A stretch of DNA of 64,000 nucleotides from Auanema rhodensis (taxonomy: Eukaryota > Animalia > Nematoda), in the NCBI GenBank assembly GCA_964057225.1, contig OZ059896.1:7874001-7938000 (forward strand). Direction: 5' to 3'. Both the position numbers and the translations under genes were made by a program. Below are positions 26,313-41,687 of the stretch, one piece after another. The notes under the pieces were generated by a model. It was not told where the DNA came from. It worked only from the letters and a program-made list of their open reading frames with translations, and searched no databases. The stretch's first letter is position 1; each line of letters begins with the position of its first letter.

Positions 26313-27508
26313 CGTTCTTTTTCCGTATCTAGGGCTTTGGGGGGGAGGGGTCTCTTTCTATTAAGGAATAATATTTCATTACATTCACAATGAATTATGA
26401 AAGCGAATATTACTTTGTAAATGTCTGTAATAAGTATAATAAAACTTGATTATATTATGATATAAAAATTGAATCATTATTGGTTATTGCTTCTGCATTA
26501 TTAACCATACTTCGTCTAAATGTTCGCTCCAAAAAAGAGACTTCGTACTGAAGCTGATGCCATCCAATTCCTGCAAGAGAAGGAAATAATCTCTCAAACT
26601 AACGAAGGTGACCGATGAACACGACAAATGAGTCTTTCTGCTGCTCGAAATAAGTGAAGGTATATTAGAAAAGACTGTAGAAGAGAAATTTTGATAAAAA
26701 ATGGAACATTTCATCAATTCATAAAGTTAAAATCTAAATATAATCAACACAAACATTTTAGGCTCAAAATAAGGTTATACCAAGTTCATTTTTTTCGTAC
26801 ACGGCTGGAGCAAGGAATACACTACTGTAAAGTTCTGTCAATATGAGTTAGGAATAAGCTCTTGCAGAATAGCCGTGGATTATAATAAATATATAAGAAA
26901 AGTTTGTGCATTTAACCTCTTGAAGCATTCTCCAAAGATTGGAGATCCCAGTTTGACTGTTGAATTTGATGAAACGTTAGTTTCTAGCAGAAAGTTTAAT
27001 GCGGGTAGTATTAGGCCAGCGCAATGGGTTTTCTGCTGTTCCTGATAGAAGTGCAGAAACCTTAAACAGCTGCGTTATTAATTGTATTGAGCGTGAAGTT
27101 AATATACTGAGTGATTGTTGGAGAGCATATGGGAGTATTAATAGTCTTTCACAAAATTATAGGCATTTAACAGTTAATCATACGTATAACTTCACGGATC
27201 CCGAGACCGGAGCTAATACCAAAATAATTGAAGGTCTTTGAGATTTAGCTAAAACTAAAAGCAAGCGCATGCACAGGGTACAGCAAAATATGTTGGATGG
27301 TTACCTCTCTGAGTATATTTGGAGTAGATGAAATGGTAACAGCTACCTTTTTGAATGTATTTTTATTGATATTGTTGAATGTACCCAGGAAGAAACTCAA
27401 ATATGTGAACTAAGAGCTAACACAACGAGATAGGATTAGATTTATAGATGATAACGTTATAAAAAGTTCAGCTTATGTACTAGGCAATCAACACCAACAC
27501 TTTCTTCA
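26313..27508 (+). pseudogene. Merlin/ISXO2 (IS1595-like) DDE transposase remnant, copy 1
   Basis: Motifs TVEFDET..RKFNAG..QWVF, VPDRSAETL, ILSDCWRAY, HLTVNHTYNFTDPETGANTKIIEGL*, YLSEYIW; frameshift and stops; no TIRs seen. Confidence 0.88.
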
Positions 27509-29247
27509 AGGAAAACGAAAAAGATTGCTCCCGGTGAGGCTCGAACTCACGACCTTCAGATTATGAGACTGACGCGCTGCCTACTGCGCTACGGAAGCTA
27601 CGAATATATCGTATTCGCATATTTCTTAGTAGCTACGAACATACAATGACAACCAAAACTATAAAAATGAAAGAATATCTTTTGTATCAGAATAAATCGA
27701 GGAAAACGAAAAAGATTGCTCCCGGTGAGGCTCGAACTCACGACCTTCAGATTATGAGACTGACGCGCTGCCTACTGCGCTACGGAAGCTACGAATATAT
27801 CGTATTCGCATATTTCTTAGTAGCTACGAACATACAATGACAACCAAAACTATAAAAATGAAAGAATATCTTTTGTATCAGAATAAATCGAGGAAAACGA
27901 AAAAGATTGCTCCCGGTGAGGCTCGAACTCACGACCTTCAGATTATGAGACTGACGCGCTGCCTACTGCGCTACGGAAGCTACGAATATATCGTATTCGC
28001 ATATTTCTTAGTAGCTACGAACATACAATGACAACCAAAACTATAAAAATGAAAGAATATCTTTTGTATCAGAATAAATCGAGGAAAACGAAAAAGATTG
28101 CTCCCGGTGAGGCTCGAACTCACGACCTTCAGATTATGAGACTGACGCGCTGCCTACTGCGCTACGGAAGCTACGAATATATCGTATTCGCATATTTCTT
28201 AGTAGCTACGAACATACAATGACAACCAAAACTATAAAAATGAAAGAATATCTTTTGTATCAGAATAAATCGAGGAAAACGAAAAAGATTGCTCCCGGTG
28301 AGGCTCGAACTCACGACCTTCAGATTATGAGACTGACGCGCTGCCTACTGCGCTACGGAAGCTACGAATATATCGTATTCGCATATTTCTTAGTAGCTAC
28401 GAACATACAATGACAACCAAAACTATAAAAATGAAAGAATATCTTTTGTATCAGAATAAATCGAGGAAAACGAAAAAGATTGCTCCCGGTGAGGCTCGAA
28501 CTCACGACCTTCAGATTATGAGACTGACGCGCTGCCTACTGCGCTACGGAAGCTACGAATATATCGTATTCGCATATTTCTTAGTAGCTACGAACATACA
28601 ATGACAACCAAAACTATAAAAATGAAAGAATATCTTTTGTATCAGAATAAATCGAGGAAAACGAAAAAGATTGCTCCCGGTGAGGCTCGAACTCACGACC
28701 TTCAGATTATGAGACTGACGCGCTGCCTACTGCGCTACGGAAGCTACGAATATATCGTATTCGCATATTTCTTAGTAGCTACGAACATACAATGACAACC
28801 AAAACTATAAAAATGAAAGAATATCTTTTGTATCAGAATAAATCGAGGAAAACGAAAAAGATTGCTCCCGGTGAGGCTCGAACTCACGACCTTCAGATTA
28901 TGAGACTGACGCGCTGCCTACTGCGCTACGGAAGCTACGAATATATCGTATTCGCATATTTCTTAGTAGCTACGAACATACAATGACAACCAAAACTATA
29001 AAAATGAAAGAATATCTTTTGTATCAGAATAAATCGAGGAAAACGAAAAAGATTGCTCCCGGTGAGGCTCGAACTCACGACCTTCAGATTATGAGACTGA
29101 CGCGCTGCCTACTGCGCTACGGAAGCTACGAATATATCGTATTCGCATATTTCTTAGTAGCTACGAACATACAATGACAACCATAACTACAAAAATGAAA
29201 TAACATCTTTTGTATCGGAATAAATCGAGGAAAACGAAAACGATTGC

Positions 29248-30443
29248 GGTTCTTTTTCCGTATCTAGGGCTTTGGGGGGGAGGGGTCTCTTTCTATTAAG
29301 GAATAATATTTCATTACATTCACAATGAATTATGAAAGCGAATATTACTTTGTAAATGTCTGTAATAAGTATAATAAAACTTGATTATATTATGATATAA
29401 AAATTGAATCATTATTGGTTATTGCTTCTGCATTATTAACCATACTTCGTCTAAATGTTCGCTCCAAAAAAGAGACTTCGTACTGAAGCTGATGCCATCC
29501 AATTCCTGCAAGAGAAGGAAATAATCTCTCAAACTAACGAAGGTGACCGATGAACACGACAAATGAGTCTTTCTGCTGCTCGAAATAAGTGAAGGTATAT
29601 TAGAAAAGACTGTAGAAAAGAAATTTTGATAAAAAATGGAACATTTCATCAATTCATAAAGTTAAAATCTAAATATAATCAACACAAACATTTTAGGCTC
29701 AAAATAAGGTTATACCAAGTTCATTTTTTTCGTACACGGCTGGAGCAAGGAATACACTACTGTAAAGTTCTGTCAATATGAGTTAGGAATGAGCTCTTGC
29801 AGAATAGCCGTGGATTATAATAAATATATAAGAAAAGTTTGTGCATTTAACCTCTTGAAGCATTCTCCAAAGATTGGAGATCCCAGTTTGACTGTTGAAT
29901 TTGATGAAACGTTAGTTTCTAGCAGAAAGTTTAATGCGGGTAGTATTAGGCCAGCGCAATGGGTTTTCTGCTGTTCCTGATAGAAGTGCAGAAACCTTAA
30001 ACAGCTGCGTTATTAATTGTATTGAGCGTGAAGTTAATATACTGAGTGATTGTTGGAGAGCATATGGGAGTATTAATAGTCTTTCACAAAATTATAGGCA
30101 TTTAACAGTTAATCATACGTATAACTTCACGGATCCCGAGACCGGAGCTAATACCAAAATAATTGAAGGTCTTTGAGATTTAGCTAAAACTAAAAGCAAG
30201 CGCATGCACAGGGTACAGCAAAATATGTTGGATGGTTACCTCTCTGAGTATATTTGGAGTAGATGAAATGGTAACAGCTACCTTTTTGAATGTATTTTTA
30301 TTGATATTGTTGAATGTACCCAGGAAGAAACTCAAATATGTGAACTAAGAGCTAACACAACGAGATAGGATTAGATTTATAGATGATAACGTTATAAAAA
30401 GTTCAGCTTATGTACTAGGCAATCAACACCAACACTTTCTTCA
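29248..30443 (+). pseudogene. Merlin/ISXO2 remnant, copy 2
   Basis: Near-identical to copy 1 with the same junctions. Confidence 0.88.
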
Positions 30444-31037
30444 AGGAAAACGAAAAAGATTGCTCCCGGTGAGGCTCGAACTCACGACCTTCAGATTATG
30501 AGACTGACGCGCTGCCTACTGCGCTACGGAAGCTACGAATATATCGTATTCGCATATTTCTTAGTAGCTACGAACATACAATGACAACCAAAACTATAAA
30601 AATGAAAGAATATCTTTTGTATCAGAATAAATCGAGGAAAACGAAAAAGATTGCTCCCGGTGAGGCTCGAACTCACGACCTTCAGATTATGAGACTGACG
30701 CGCTGCCTACTGCGCTACGGAAGCTACGAATATATCGTATTCGCATATTTCTTAGTAGCTACGAACATACAATGACAACCAAAACTATAAAAATGAAAGA
30801 ATATCTTTTGTATCAGAATAAATCGAGGAAAACGAAAAAGATTGCTCCCGGTGAGGCTCGAACTCACGACCTTCAGATTATGAGACTGACGCGCTGCCTA
30901 CTGCGCTACGGAAGCTACGAATATAGCGTGTGCGCAAATTTCTTAGTAGCTACGAACATACAAGAGACAACCATAACTACAAAAATGAAATAACATCTTT
31001 TGTATCGGAATAAATCGAGGAAAACGAAAACGATTGC

Positions 31038-32233
31038 GGTTCTTTTTCCGTATCTAGGGCTTTGGGGGGGAGGGGTCTCTTTCTATTAAGGAATAATATT
31101 TCATTACATTCACAATGAATTATGAAAGCGAATATTACTTTGTAAATGTCTGTAATAAGTATAATAAAACTTGATTATATTATGATATAAAAATTGAATC
31201 ATTATTGGTTATTGCTTCTGCATTATTAACCATACTTCGTCTAAATGTTCGCTCCAAAAAAGAGACTTCGTACTGAAGCTGATGCCATCCAATTCCTGCA
31301 AGAGAAGGAAATAATCTCTCAAACTAACGAAGGTGACCGATGAACACGACAAATGAGTCTTTCTGCTGCTCGAAATAAGTGAAGGTATATTAGAAAAGAC
31401 TGTAGAAGAGAAATTTTGATAAAAAATGGAACATTTCATCAATTCATAAAGTTAAAATCTAAATATAATCAACACAAACATTTTAGGCTCAAAATAAGGT
31501 TATACCAAGTTCATTTTCTTCGTACACGGCTGGAGCAAGGAATACACTACTGTAAAGTTCTGTCAATATGAGTTAGGAATAAGCTCTTGCAGAACAGCCG
31601 TGGATTATAATAAATATATAAGAAAAGTTTGTGCATTTAACCTCTTGAAGCATTCTCCAAAGATTGGAGATCCCAGTTTGACTGTTGAATTTGATGAAAC
31701 GTTAGTTTCTAGCAGAAAGTTTAATGCGGGTAGTATTAGGCCAGCGCAATGGGTTTTCTGCTGTTCCTGATAGAAGTGCAGAAACCTTAAACAGCTGCGT
31801 TATTAATTGTATTGAGCGTGAAGTTAATATACTGAGTGATTGTTGGAGAGCATATGGGAGTATTAATAGTCTTTCACAAAATTATAGGCATTTAACAGTT
31901 AATCATACGTATAACTTCACGGATCCCGAGACCGGAGCTAATACCAAAATAATTGAAGGTCTTTGAGATTTAGCTAAAACTAAAAGCAAGCGCATGCACA
32001 GGGTACAGCAAAATATGTTGGATGGTTACCTCTCTGAGTATATTTGGAGTAGATGAAATGGTAACAGCTACCTTTTTGAATGTATTTTTATTGATATTGT
32101 TGAATGTACCCAGGAAGAAACTCAAATATGTGAACTAAGAGCTAACACAACGAGATAGGATTAGATTTATAGATGATAACGTTAAAAAAAGTTCAGCTTA
32201 TGTACTAGGCAATCAACACCAACACTTTCTTCA
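31038..32233 (+). pseudogene. Merlin/ISXO2 remnant, copy 3
   Basis: Near-identical to copy 1. Confidence 0.88.
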
Positions 32234-32636
32234 AGGAAAACGAAAAAGATTGCTCCCGGTGAGGCTCGAACTCACGACCTTCAGATTATGAGACTGACGC
32301 GCTGCCTACTGCGCTACGGAAGCTACGAATATATCGTATTCGCATATTTCTTAGTAGCTACGAACATACAATGACAACCAAAACTATAAAAATGAAAGAA
32401 TATCTTTTGTTTCAGAATAAATCGAGGAAAACGAAAAAGATTGCTCCCGGTGAGGCTCGAACTCACGACCTTCAGATTATGAGACTGACGCGCTGCCTAC
32501 TGCGCTACGGAAGCTACGAATATAGCGTGTGCGCAAATTTCTTAGTAGCTACGAACATACAAGAGACAACCATAACTACAAAAATGAAATAACATCTTTT
32601 GTATCGGAATAAATCGAGGAAAACGAAAACGATTGC

Positions 32637-33832
32637 CGTTCTTTTTCCGTATCTAGGGCTTTGGGGGGGAGGGGTCTCTTTCTATTAAGGAATAATATTT
32701 CATTACATTCACAATGAATTATGAAAGCGAATATTACTTTGTAAATGTCTGTAATAAGTATAATAAAACTTGATTATATTATGATATAAAAATTGAATCA
32801 TTATTGGTTATTGCTTCTGCATTATTAACCATACTTCGTCTAAATGTTCGCTCCAAAAAAGAGACTTCGTACTGAAGCTGATGCCATCCAATTCCTGCAA
32901 GAGAAGGAAATAATCTCTCAAACTAACGAAGGTGACCGATGAACACGACAAATGAGTCTTTCTGCTGCTCGAAATAAGTGAAGGTATATTAGAAAAGACT
33001 GTAGAAGAGAAATTTTGATAAAAAATGGAACATTTCATCAATTCATAAAGTTAAAATCTAAATATAATCAACACAAACATTTTAGGCTCAAAATAAGGTT
33101 ATACCAAGTTCATTTTTTTCGTACACGGCTGGAGCAAGGAATACACTACTGTAAAGTTCTGTCAATATGAGTTAGGAATAAGCTCTTGCAGAATAGCCGT
33201 GGATTATAATAAATATATAAGAAAAGTTTGTGCATTTAACCTCTTGAAGCATTCTCCAAAGATTGGAGATCCCAGTTTGACTGTTGAATTTGATGAAACG
33301 TTAGTTTCTAGCAGAAAGTTTAATGCGGGTAGTATTAGGCCAGCGCAATGGGTTTTCTGCTGTTCCTGATAGAAGTGCAGAAACCTTAAACAGCTGCGTT
33401 ATTAATTGTATTGAGCGTGAAGTTAATATACTGAGTGATTGTTGGAGAGCATATGGGAGTATTAATAGTCTTTCACAAAATTATAGGCATTTAACAGTTA
33501 ATCATACGTATAACTTCACGGATCCCGAGACCGGAGCTAATACCAAAATAATTGAAGGTCTTTGAGATTTAGCTAAAACTAAAAGCAAGCGCATGCACAG
33601 GGTACAGCAAAATATGTTGGATGGTTACCTCTCTGAGTATATTTGGAGTAGATGAAATGGTAACAGCTACCTTTTTGAATGTATTTTTATTGATATTGTT
33701 GAATGTACCCAGGAAGAAACTCAAATATGTGAACTAAGAGCTAACACAACGAGATAGGATTAGATTTATAGATGATAACGTTATAAAAAGTTCAGCTTAT
33801 GTACTAGGCAATCAACACCAACACTTTCTTCA
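32637..33832 (+). pseudogene. Merlin/ISXO2 remnant, copy 4
   Basis: Near-identical to copy 1. Confidence 0.88.
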
Positions 33833-36146
33833 AGGAAAACGAAAAAGATTGCTCCCGGTGAGGCTCGAACTCACGACCTTCAGATTATGAGACTGACGCG
33901 CTGCCTACTGCGCTACGGAAGCTACGAATATATCGTATTCGCATATTTCTTAGTAGCTACGAACATACAATGACAACCAAAACTATAAAAATGAAAGAAT
34001 ATCTTTTGTATCAGAATAAATCGAGGAAAACGAAAAAGATTGCTCCCGGTGAGGCTCGAACTCACGACCTTCAGATTATGAGACTGACGCGCTGCCTACT
34101 GCGCTACGGAAGCTACAAATATATCGTATTCGCATATTTCTTAGTAGCTACGAACATACAATGACAACCAAAACTATAAAAATGAAAGAATATCTTTTGT
34201 ATCAGAATAAATCGAGGAAAACGAAAAAGATTGCTCCCGGTGAGGCTCGAACTCACGACCTTCAGATTATGAGACTGACGCGCTGCCTACTGCGCTACGG
34301 AAGCTACGAATATATCGTATTCGCATATTTCTTAGTAGCTACGAACATACAATGACAACCAAAACTATAAAAATGAAAGAATATCTTTTGTATCAGAATA
34401 AATCGAGGAAAACGAAAAAGATTGCTCCCGGTGAGGCTCGAACTCACGACCTTCAGATTATGAGACTGACGCGCTGCCTACTGCGCTACGGAAGCTACGA
34501 ATATATCGTATTCGCATATTTCTTAGTAGCTACGAACATACAATGACAACCAAAACTATAAAAATGAAAGAATATCTTTTGTATCAGAATAAATCGAGGA
34601 AAACGAAAAAGATTGCTCCCGGTGAGGCTCGAACTCACGACCTTCAGATTATGAGACTGACGCGCTGCCTACTGCGCTACGGAAGCTACGAATATAGAGT
34701 GTGCGCAAATTTCTTAGTAGCTACAAACATACAAGAAACAACCAAAATTACAAAAATGAAATAACATATTTTGTATCAGAATAAATCTCGGAAAACGGAA
34801 AAGATTGCTCCCGGTGAGGCTCGAACTCACGACCTTCAGATTATGAGACTGACGCGCTGCCTACTGCGCTACGGAAGCTACGAATATATCGTATTCGCAT
34901 ATTTCTTAGTAGCTACGAACATACAATGACAACCAAAACTATAAAAATGAAAGAATATCTTTTGTATCAGAATAAATCGAGGAAAACGAAAAAGATTGCT
35001 CCCGGTGAGGCTCGAACTCACGACCTTCAGATTATGAGACTGACGCGCTGCCTACTGCGCTACGGAAGCTACGAATATATCGTATTCGCATATTTCTTAG
35101 TAGCTACGAACATACAATGACAACCAAAACTATAAAAATGAAAGAATATCTTTTGTATCAGAATAAATCGAGGAAAACGAAAAAGATTGCTCCCGGTGAG
35201 GCTCGAACTCACGACCTTCAGATTATGAGACTGACGCGCTGCCTACTGCGCTACGGAAGCTACGAATATATCGTATTCGCATATTTCTTAGTAGCTACGA
35301 ACATACAATGACAACCAAAACTATAAAAATGAAAGAATATCTTTTGTATCAGAATAAATCGAGGAAAACGAAAAAGATTGCTCCCGGTGAGGCTCGAACT
35401 CACGACCTTCAGATTATGAGACTGACGCGCTGCCTACTGCGCTACGGAAGCTACGAATATATCGTATTCGCATATTTCTTAGTAGCTACGAACATACAAT
35501 GACAACCAAAACTATAAAAATGAAAGAATATCTTTTGTATCAGAATAAATCGAGGAAAACGAAAAAGATTGCTCCCGGTGAGGCTCGAACTCACGACCTT
35601 CAGATTATGAGACTGACGCGCTGCCTACTGCGCTACGGAAGCTACGAATATATCGTATTCGCATATTTCTTAGTAGCTACGAACATACAATGACAACCAA
35701 AACTATAAAAATGAAAGAATATCTTTTGTATCAGAATAAATCGAGGAAAACGAAAAAGATTGCTCCCGGTGAGGCTCGAACTCACGACCTTCAGATTATG
35801 AGACTGACGCGCTGCCTACTGCGCTACGGAAGCTACGAATATATCGTATTCGCATATTTCTTAGTAGCTACGAACATACAATGACAACCAAAACTATAAA
35901 AATGAAAGAATATCTTTTGTATCAGAATAAATCGAGGAAAACGAAAAAGATTGCTCCCGGTGAGGCTCGAACTCACGACCTTCAGATTATGAGACTGACG
36001 CGCTGCCTACTGCGCTACGGAAGCTACGAATATAGCGTGTGCGCAAATTTCTTAGTAGCTACGAACATACAAGAGACAACCATAACTACAAAAATGAAAT
36101 AACATCTTTTGTATCGGAATAAATCGAGGAAAACGAAAACGATTGC

Positions 36147-37342
36147 GGTTCTTTTTCCGTATCTAGGGCTTTGGGGGGGAGGGGTCTCTTTCTATTAAGG
36201 AATAATATTTCATTACATTCACAATGAATTATGAAAGCGAATATTACTTTGTAAATGTCTGTAATAAGTATAATAAAACTTGATTATATTATGATATAAA
36301 AATTGAATCATTATTGGTTATTGCTTCTGCATTATTAACCATACTTCGTCTAAATGTTCGCTCCAAAAAAGAGACTTCGTACTGAAGCTGATGCCATCCA
36401 ATTCCTGCAAGAGAAGGAAATAATCTCTCAAACTAACGAAGGTGACCGATGAACACGACAAATGAGTCTTTCTGCTGCTCGAAATAAGTGAAGGTATATT
36501 AGAAAAGACTGTAGAAGAGAAATTTTGATAAAAAATGGAACATTTCATCAATTCATAAAGTTAAAATCTAAATATAATCAACACAAACATTTTAGGCTCA
36601 AAATAAGGTTATACCAAGTTCATTTTTTTCGTACACGGCTGGAGCAAGGAATACACTACTGTAAAGTTCTGTCAATATGAGTTAGGAATAAGCTCTTGCA
36701 AAACAGCCGTGGATTATAATAAATATATAAGAAAAGTTTGTGCATTTAACCTCTTGAAGCATTCTCCAAAGATTGGAGATCCCAGTTTGACTGTTGAATT
36801 TGATGAAACGTTAGTTTCTAGCAGAAAGTTTAATGCGGGTAGTATTAGGCCAGCGCAATGGGTTTTCTGCTGTTCCTGATAGAAGTGCAGAAACCTTAAA
36901 CAGCTGCGTTATTAATTGTATTGAGCGTGAAGTTAATATACTGAGTGATTGTTGCAGAGCATATGGGAGTATTAATAGTCTTTCACAAAATTATAGGCAT
37001 TTAACAGTCAATCATACGTATAACTTCACGGATCCCGAGACCGGAGCTAATACCAAAATAATTGAAGGTCTTTGAGATTTAGCTAAAACTAAAAGCAAGC
37101 GCATGCACAGGGTACAGCAAAATATGTTGGATGGTTACCTCTCTGAGTATATTTGGAGTAGATGAAATGGTAACAGCTACCTTTTTGAATGTATTTTTAT
37201 TGATATTGTTGAATGTACCCAGGAAGAAACTCAAATATGTGAACTATGAGCTAACACAACGAGATAGGATTAGGTTTATAGATGATAACGTTATAAAAAG
37301 TTCAGCTTATGTACTAGGCAATCAACACCAACACTTTCTTCA
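36147..37342 (+). pseudogene. Merlin/ISXO2 remnant, copy 5
   Basis: SDCCRAY variant. Confidence 0.88.
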
Positions 37343-38318
37343 AGGAAAACGAAAAAGATTGCTCCCGGTGAGGCTCGAACTCACGACCTTCAGATTATGA
37401 GACTGACGCGCTGCCTACTGCGCTACGGAAGCTACGAATATATCGTATTCGCATATTTCTTAGTAGCTACGAACATACAATGACAACCAAAACTATAAAA
37501 ATGAAAGAATATCTTTTGTATCAGAATAAATCGAGGAAAACGAAAAAGATTGCTCCCGGTGAGGCTCGAACTCACGACCTTCAGATTATGAGACTGACGC
37601 GCTGCCTACTGCGCTACGGAAGCTACGAATATATCGTATTCGCATATTTCTTAGTAGCTACGAACATAGAATGACAACCAAAACTATAAAAATGAAAGAA
37701 TATCTTTTGTATCAGAATAAATCGAGGAAAACAAAAAAGATTGCTCCCGGTGAGGCTCGAACTCACGACCTTCAGATTATGAGACTGACGCGCTGCCTAC
37801 TGCGCTACGGAAGCTACGAATATATCGTATTCGCATATTTCTTAGTAGCTACAAACATACAATGACAACCAAAACTATAAAAATGAAAGAATATCTTTTG
37901 TATCAGAATAAATCGAGGAAAACGAAAAAGATTGCTCCCGGTGAGGCTCGAACTCACGACCTTCAGATTATGAGACTGACGCGCTGCCTACTGCGCTACG
38001 GAAGCTACGAATATATCGTATTCGCATATTTCTTAGTAGCTACGAACATACAATGACAACCAAAACTATAAAAATGAAAGAATATCTTTTGTATCAGAAT
38101 AAATCGAGGAAAACGAAAAAGATTGCTCCCGGTGAGGCTCGAACTCACGACCTTCAGATTATGAGACTGACGCGCTGCCTACTGCGCTACGGAAGCTACG
38201 AATATAGCGTGTGCGCAAATTTCTTAGTAGCTACGAACATACAATAGACAACCATAACTACAAAAATGAAATAACATCTTTTGTATCGGAATAAATCGAG
38301 GAAAACGAAAACGATTGC

Positions 38319-39514
38319 GGTTCTTTTTCCGTATCTAGGGCTTTGGGGGGGAGGGGTCTCTTTCTATTAAGGAATAATATTTCATTACATTCACAATGAA
38401 TTATGAAAGCGAATATTACTTTGTAAATGTCTGTAATAAGTATAATAAAACTTGATTATATTATGATATAAAAATTGAATCATTATTGGTTATTGCTTCT
38501 GCATTATTAACCATACTTCGTCTAAATGTTCGCTCCAAAAAAGAGACTTCGTACTGAAGCTGATGCCATCCAATTCCTGCAAGAGAAGGAAATAATCTCT
38601 CAAACTAACGAAGGTGACCGATGAACACGACAAATGAGTCTTTCTGCTGCTCGAAATAAGTGAAGGTATATTAGAAAAGACTGTAGAAGAGAAATTTTGA
38701 TAAAAAATGGAACATTTCATCAATTCATAAAGTTAAAATCTAAATATAATCAACACAAACATTTTAGGCTCAAAATAAGGTTATACCAAGTTCATTTTTT
38801 TCGTACACGGCTGGAGCAAGGAATACACTACTGTAAAGTTCTGTCAATATGAGTTAGGAATAAGCTCTTGCAAAACAGCCGTGGATTATAATAAATATAT
38901 AAGAAAAGTTTGTGCATTTAACCTCTTGAAGCATTCTCCAAAGATTGGAGATCCCAGTTTGACTGTTGAATTTGATGAAACGTTAGTTTCTAGCAGAAAG
39001 TTTAATGCGGGTAGTATTAGGCCAGCGCAATGGGTTTTCTGCTGTTCCTGATAGAAGTGCAGAAACCTTAAACAGCTGCGTTATTAATTGTATTGAGCGT
39101 GAAGTTAATATACTGAGTGATTGTTGCAGAGCATATGGGAGTATTAATAGTCTTTCACAAAATTATAGGCATTTAACAGTCAATCATACGTATAACTTCA
39201 CGGATCCCGAGACCGGAGCTAATACCAAAATAATTGAAGGTCTTTGAGATTTAGCTAAAACTAAAAGCAAGCGCATGCACAGGGTACAGCAAAATATGTT
39301 GGATGGTTACCTCTCTGAGTATATTTGGAGTAGATGAAATGGTAACAGCTACCTTTTTGAATGTATTTTTATTGATATTGTTGAATGTACCCAGGAAGAA
39401 ACTCAAATATGTGAACTATGAGCTAACACAACGAGATAGGATTAGGTTTATAGATGATAACGTTATAAAAAGTTCAGCTTATGTACTAGGCAATCAACAC
39501 CAACACTTTCTTCA
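38319..39514 (+). pseudogene. Merlin/ISXO2 remnant, copy 6
   Basis: SDCCRAY variant. Confidence 0.88.
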
Positions 39515-40490
39515 AGGAAAACGAAAAAGATTGCTTCCGGTGAGGCTCGAACTCACGACCTTCAGATTATGAGACTGACGCGCTGCCTACTGCGCTACGG
39601 AAGCTACGAATATATCGTATTCGCATATTTCTTAGTAGCTACGAACATACAATGACAACCAAAACTATAAAAATGAAAGAATATCTTTTGTATCAGAATA
39701 AATCGAGGAAAACGAAAAAGATTGCTCCCGGTGAGGCTCGAACTCACGACCTTCAGATTATGAGACTGACGCGCTGCCTACTGCGCTACGGAAGCTACGA
39801 ATATATCGTATTCGCATATTTCTTAGTAGCTACGAACATAGAATGACAACCAAAACTATAAAAATGAAAGAATATCTTTTGTATCAGAATAAATCGAGGA
39901 AAACAAAAAAGATTGCTCCCGGTGAGGCTCGAACTCACGACCTTCAGATTATGAGACTGACGCGCTGCCTACTGCGCTACGGAAGCTACGAATATATCGT
40001 ATTCGCATATTTCTTAGTAGCTACAAACATACAATGACAACCAAAACTATAAAAATGAAAGAATATCTTTTGTATCAGAATAAATCGAGGAAAACGAAAA
40101 AGATTGCTCCCGGTGAGGCTCGAACTCACGACCTTCAGATTATGAGACTGACGCGCTGCCTACTGCGCTACGGAAGCTACGAATATATCGTATTCGCATA
40201 TTTCTTAGTAGCTACGAACATACAATGACAACCAAAACTATAAAAATGAAAGAATATCTTTTGTATCAGAATAAATCGAGGAAAACGAAAAAGATTGCTC
40301 CCGGTGAGGCTCGAACTCACGACCTTCAGATTATGAGACTGACGCGCTGCCTACTGCGCTACGGAAGCTACGAATATAGCGTGTGCGCAAATTTCTTAGT
40401 AGCTACGAACATACAATAGACAACCATAACTACAAAAATGAAATAACATCTTTTGTATCGGAATAAATCGAGGAAAACGAAAACGATTGC

Positions 40491-41687
40491 GGTTCTTTTT
40501 CCGTATCTAGGGCTTTGGGGGGGAGGGGTCTCTTTCTATTAAGGAATAATATTTCATTACATTCACAATGAATTATGAAAGCGAATATTACTTTGTAAAT
40601 GTCTGTAATAAGTATAATAAAACTTGATTATATTATGATACAAAAATTGAATCATTATTGGTCATTGCTTCTGCATTATCAACCATACTTCGTTTAAATG
40701 TTCGCTCCAAAAAAGAGACTTCGTACTGAAGCTGATGCCATCCAATTCCTGCAAGAGAAGGAAATAATCTCTCAAACTAACGAAGGTGACCGATGAACAC
40801 GACAAATGAGTCTTTCTGCTGCTCGAAATAAGTGAAAGGTATATTAGAAAAGACTGTAGAAGAGAAATTTTAATAAAAAATGGAACATTTCATCAATTCA
40901 TAAAGTTAAAATCTAAATATAATCAACACAAACATTTTAGGCTCAAAATTAGGTTATACCAAGTTCATTTTTTTCGTACACGGCTGGAGCAAGGAATACA
41001 CTACTGTAAAGTTCTGTCAATATGAGTTAGGAATAAGCTCTTGCAAAACAGCCGTGGATTATAATAAATATATAAGAAAAGTTTGTGCATTTAACCTCTT
41101 GAAGCATTCTCCAAAGATTGGAGATCCCAGTTTGACTGTTGAATTTGATGAAACGTTAGTTTCTAGCAGAAAGTTTAATGCGGGTAGTATTAGGCCAGCG
41201 CAATGGGTTTTCTGCTGTTCCTGATAGAAGTGCAGAAACCTTAAACAGCTGCGTTATTAATTGTATTGAGCGTGAAGTTAATATACTGAGTGATTGTTGG
41301 AGAGCATATGGGAGTATTAATAGTCTTTCACAAAATTATAGGCATTTAACAGTTAATCATACGTATAACTTCACGGATCCCGAGACCGGAGCTAATACCA
41401 AAATAATTGAAGGTCTTTGAGATTTAGCTAAAACTAAAAGCAAGCGCATGCACAGGGTACAGCAAAATATGTTGGATGGTTACCTCTCTGAGTATATTTG
41501 GAGTAGATGAAATGGTAACAGCTACCTTTTTGAATGTATTTTTATTGATATTGTTGAATGTACCCAGGAAGAAACTCAAATATGTGAACTAAGAGCTAAC
41601 ACAACGAGATAGGATTAGGTTTATAGATGATAACGTTATAAAAAGTTCAGCTTATGTACTAGGCAATCAACACCAACACTTTCTTCA
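40491..41687 (+). pseudogene. Merlin/ISXO2 remnant, copy 7
   Basis: +1 A variant (agtgaaaggt). Confidence 0.88.

Noticed and set aside
26330-26350. G-rich tract GGGCTTTGGGGGGGAGGGG as functional G-quadruplex
   Set aside because: Possible in principle, but a single short tract copied passively with the fragment; no supporting evidence
26313-27508. Active Merlin transposon; 77-aa minus-strand and 89-aa plus-strand ORFs as genes
   Set aside because: Stops, frameshift/deletion and no TIRs; the small ORFs are off-frame or antisense fragments
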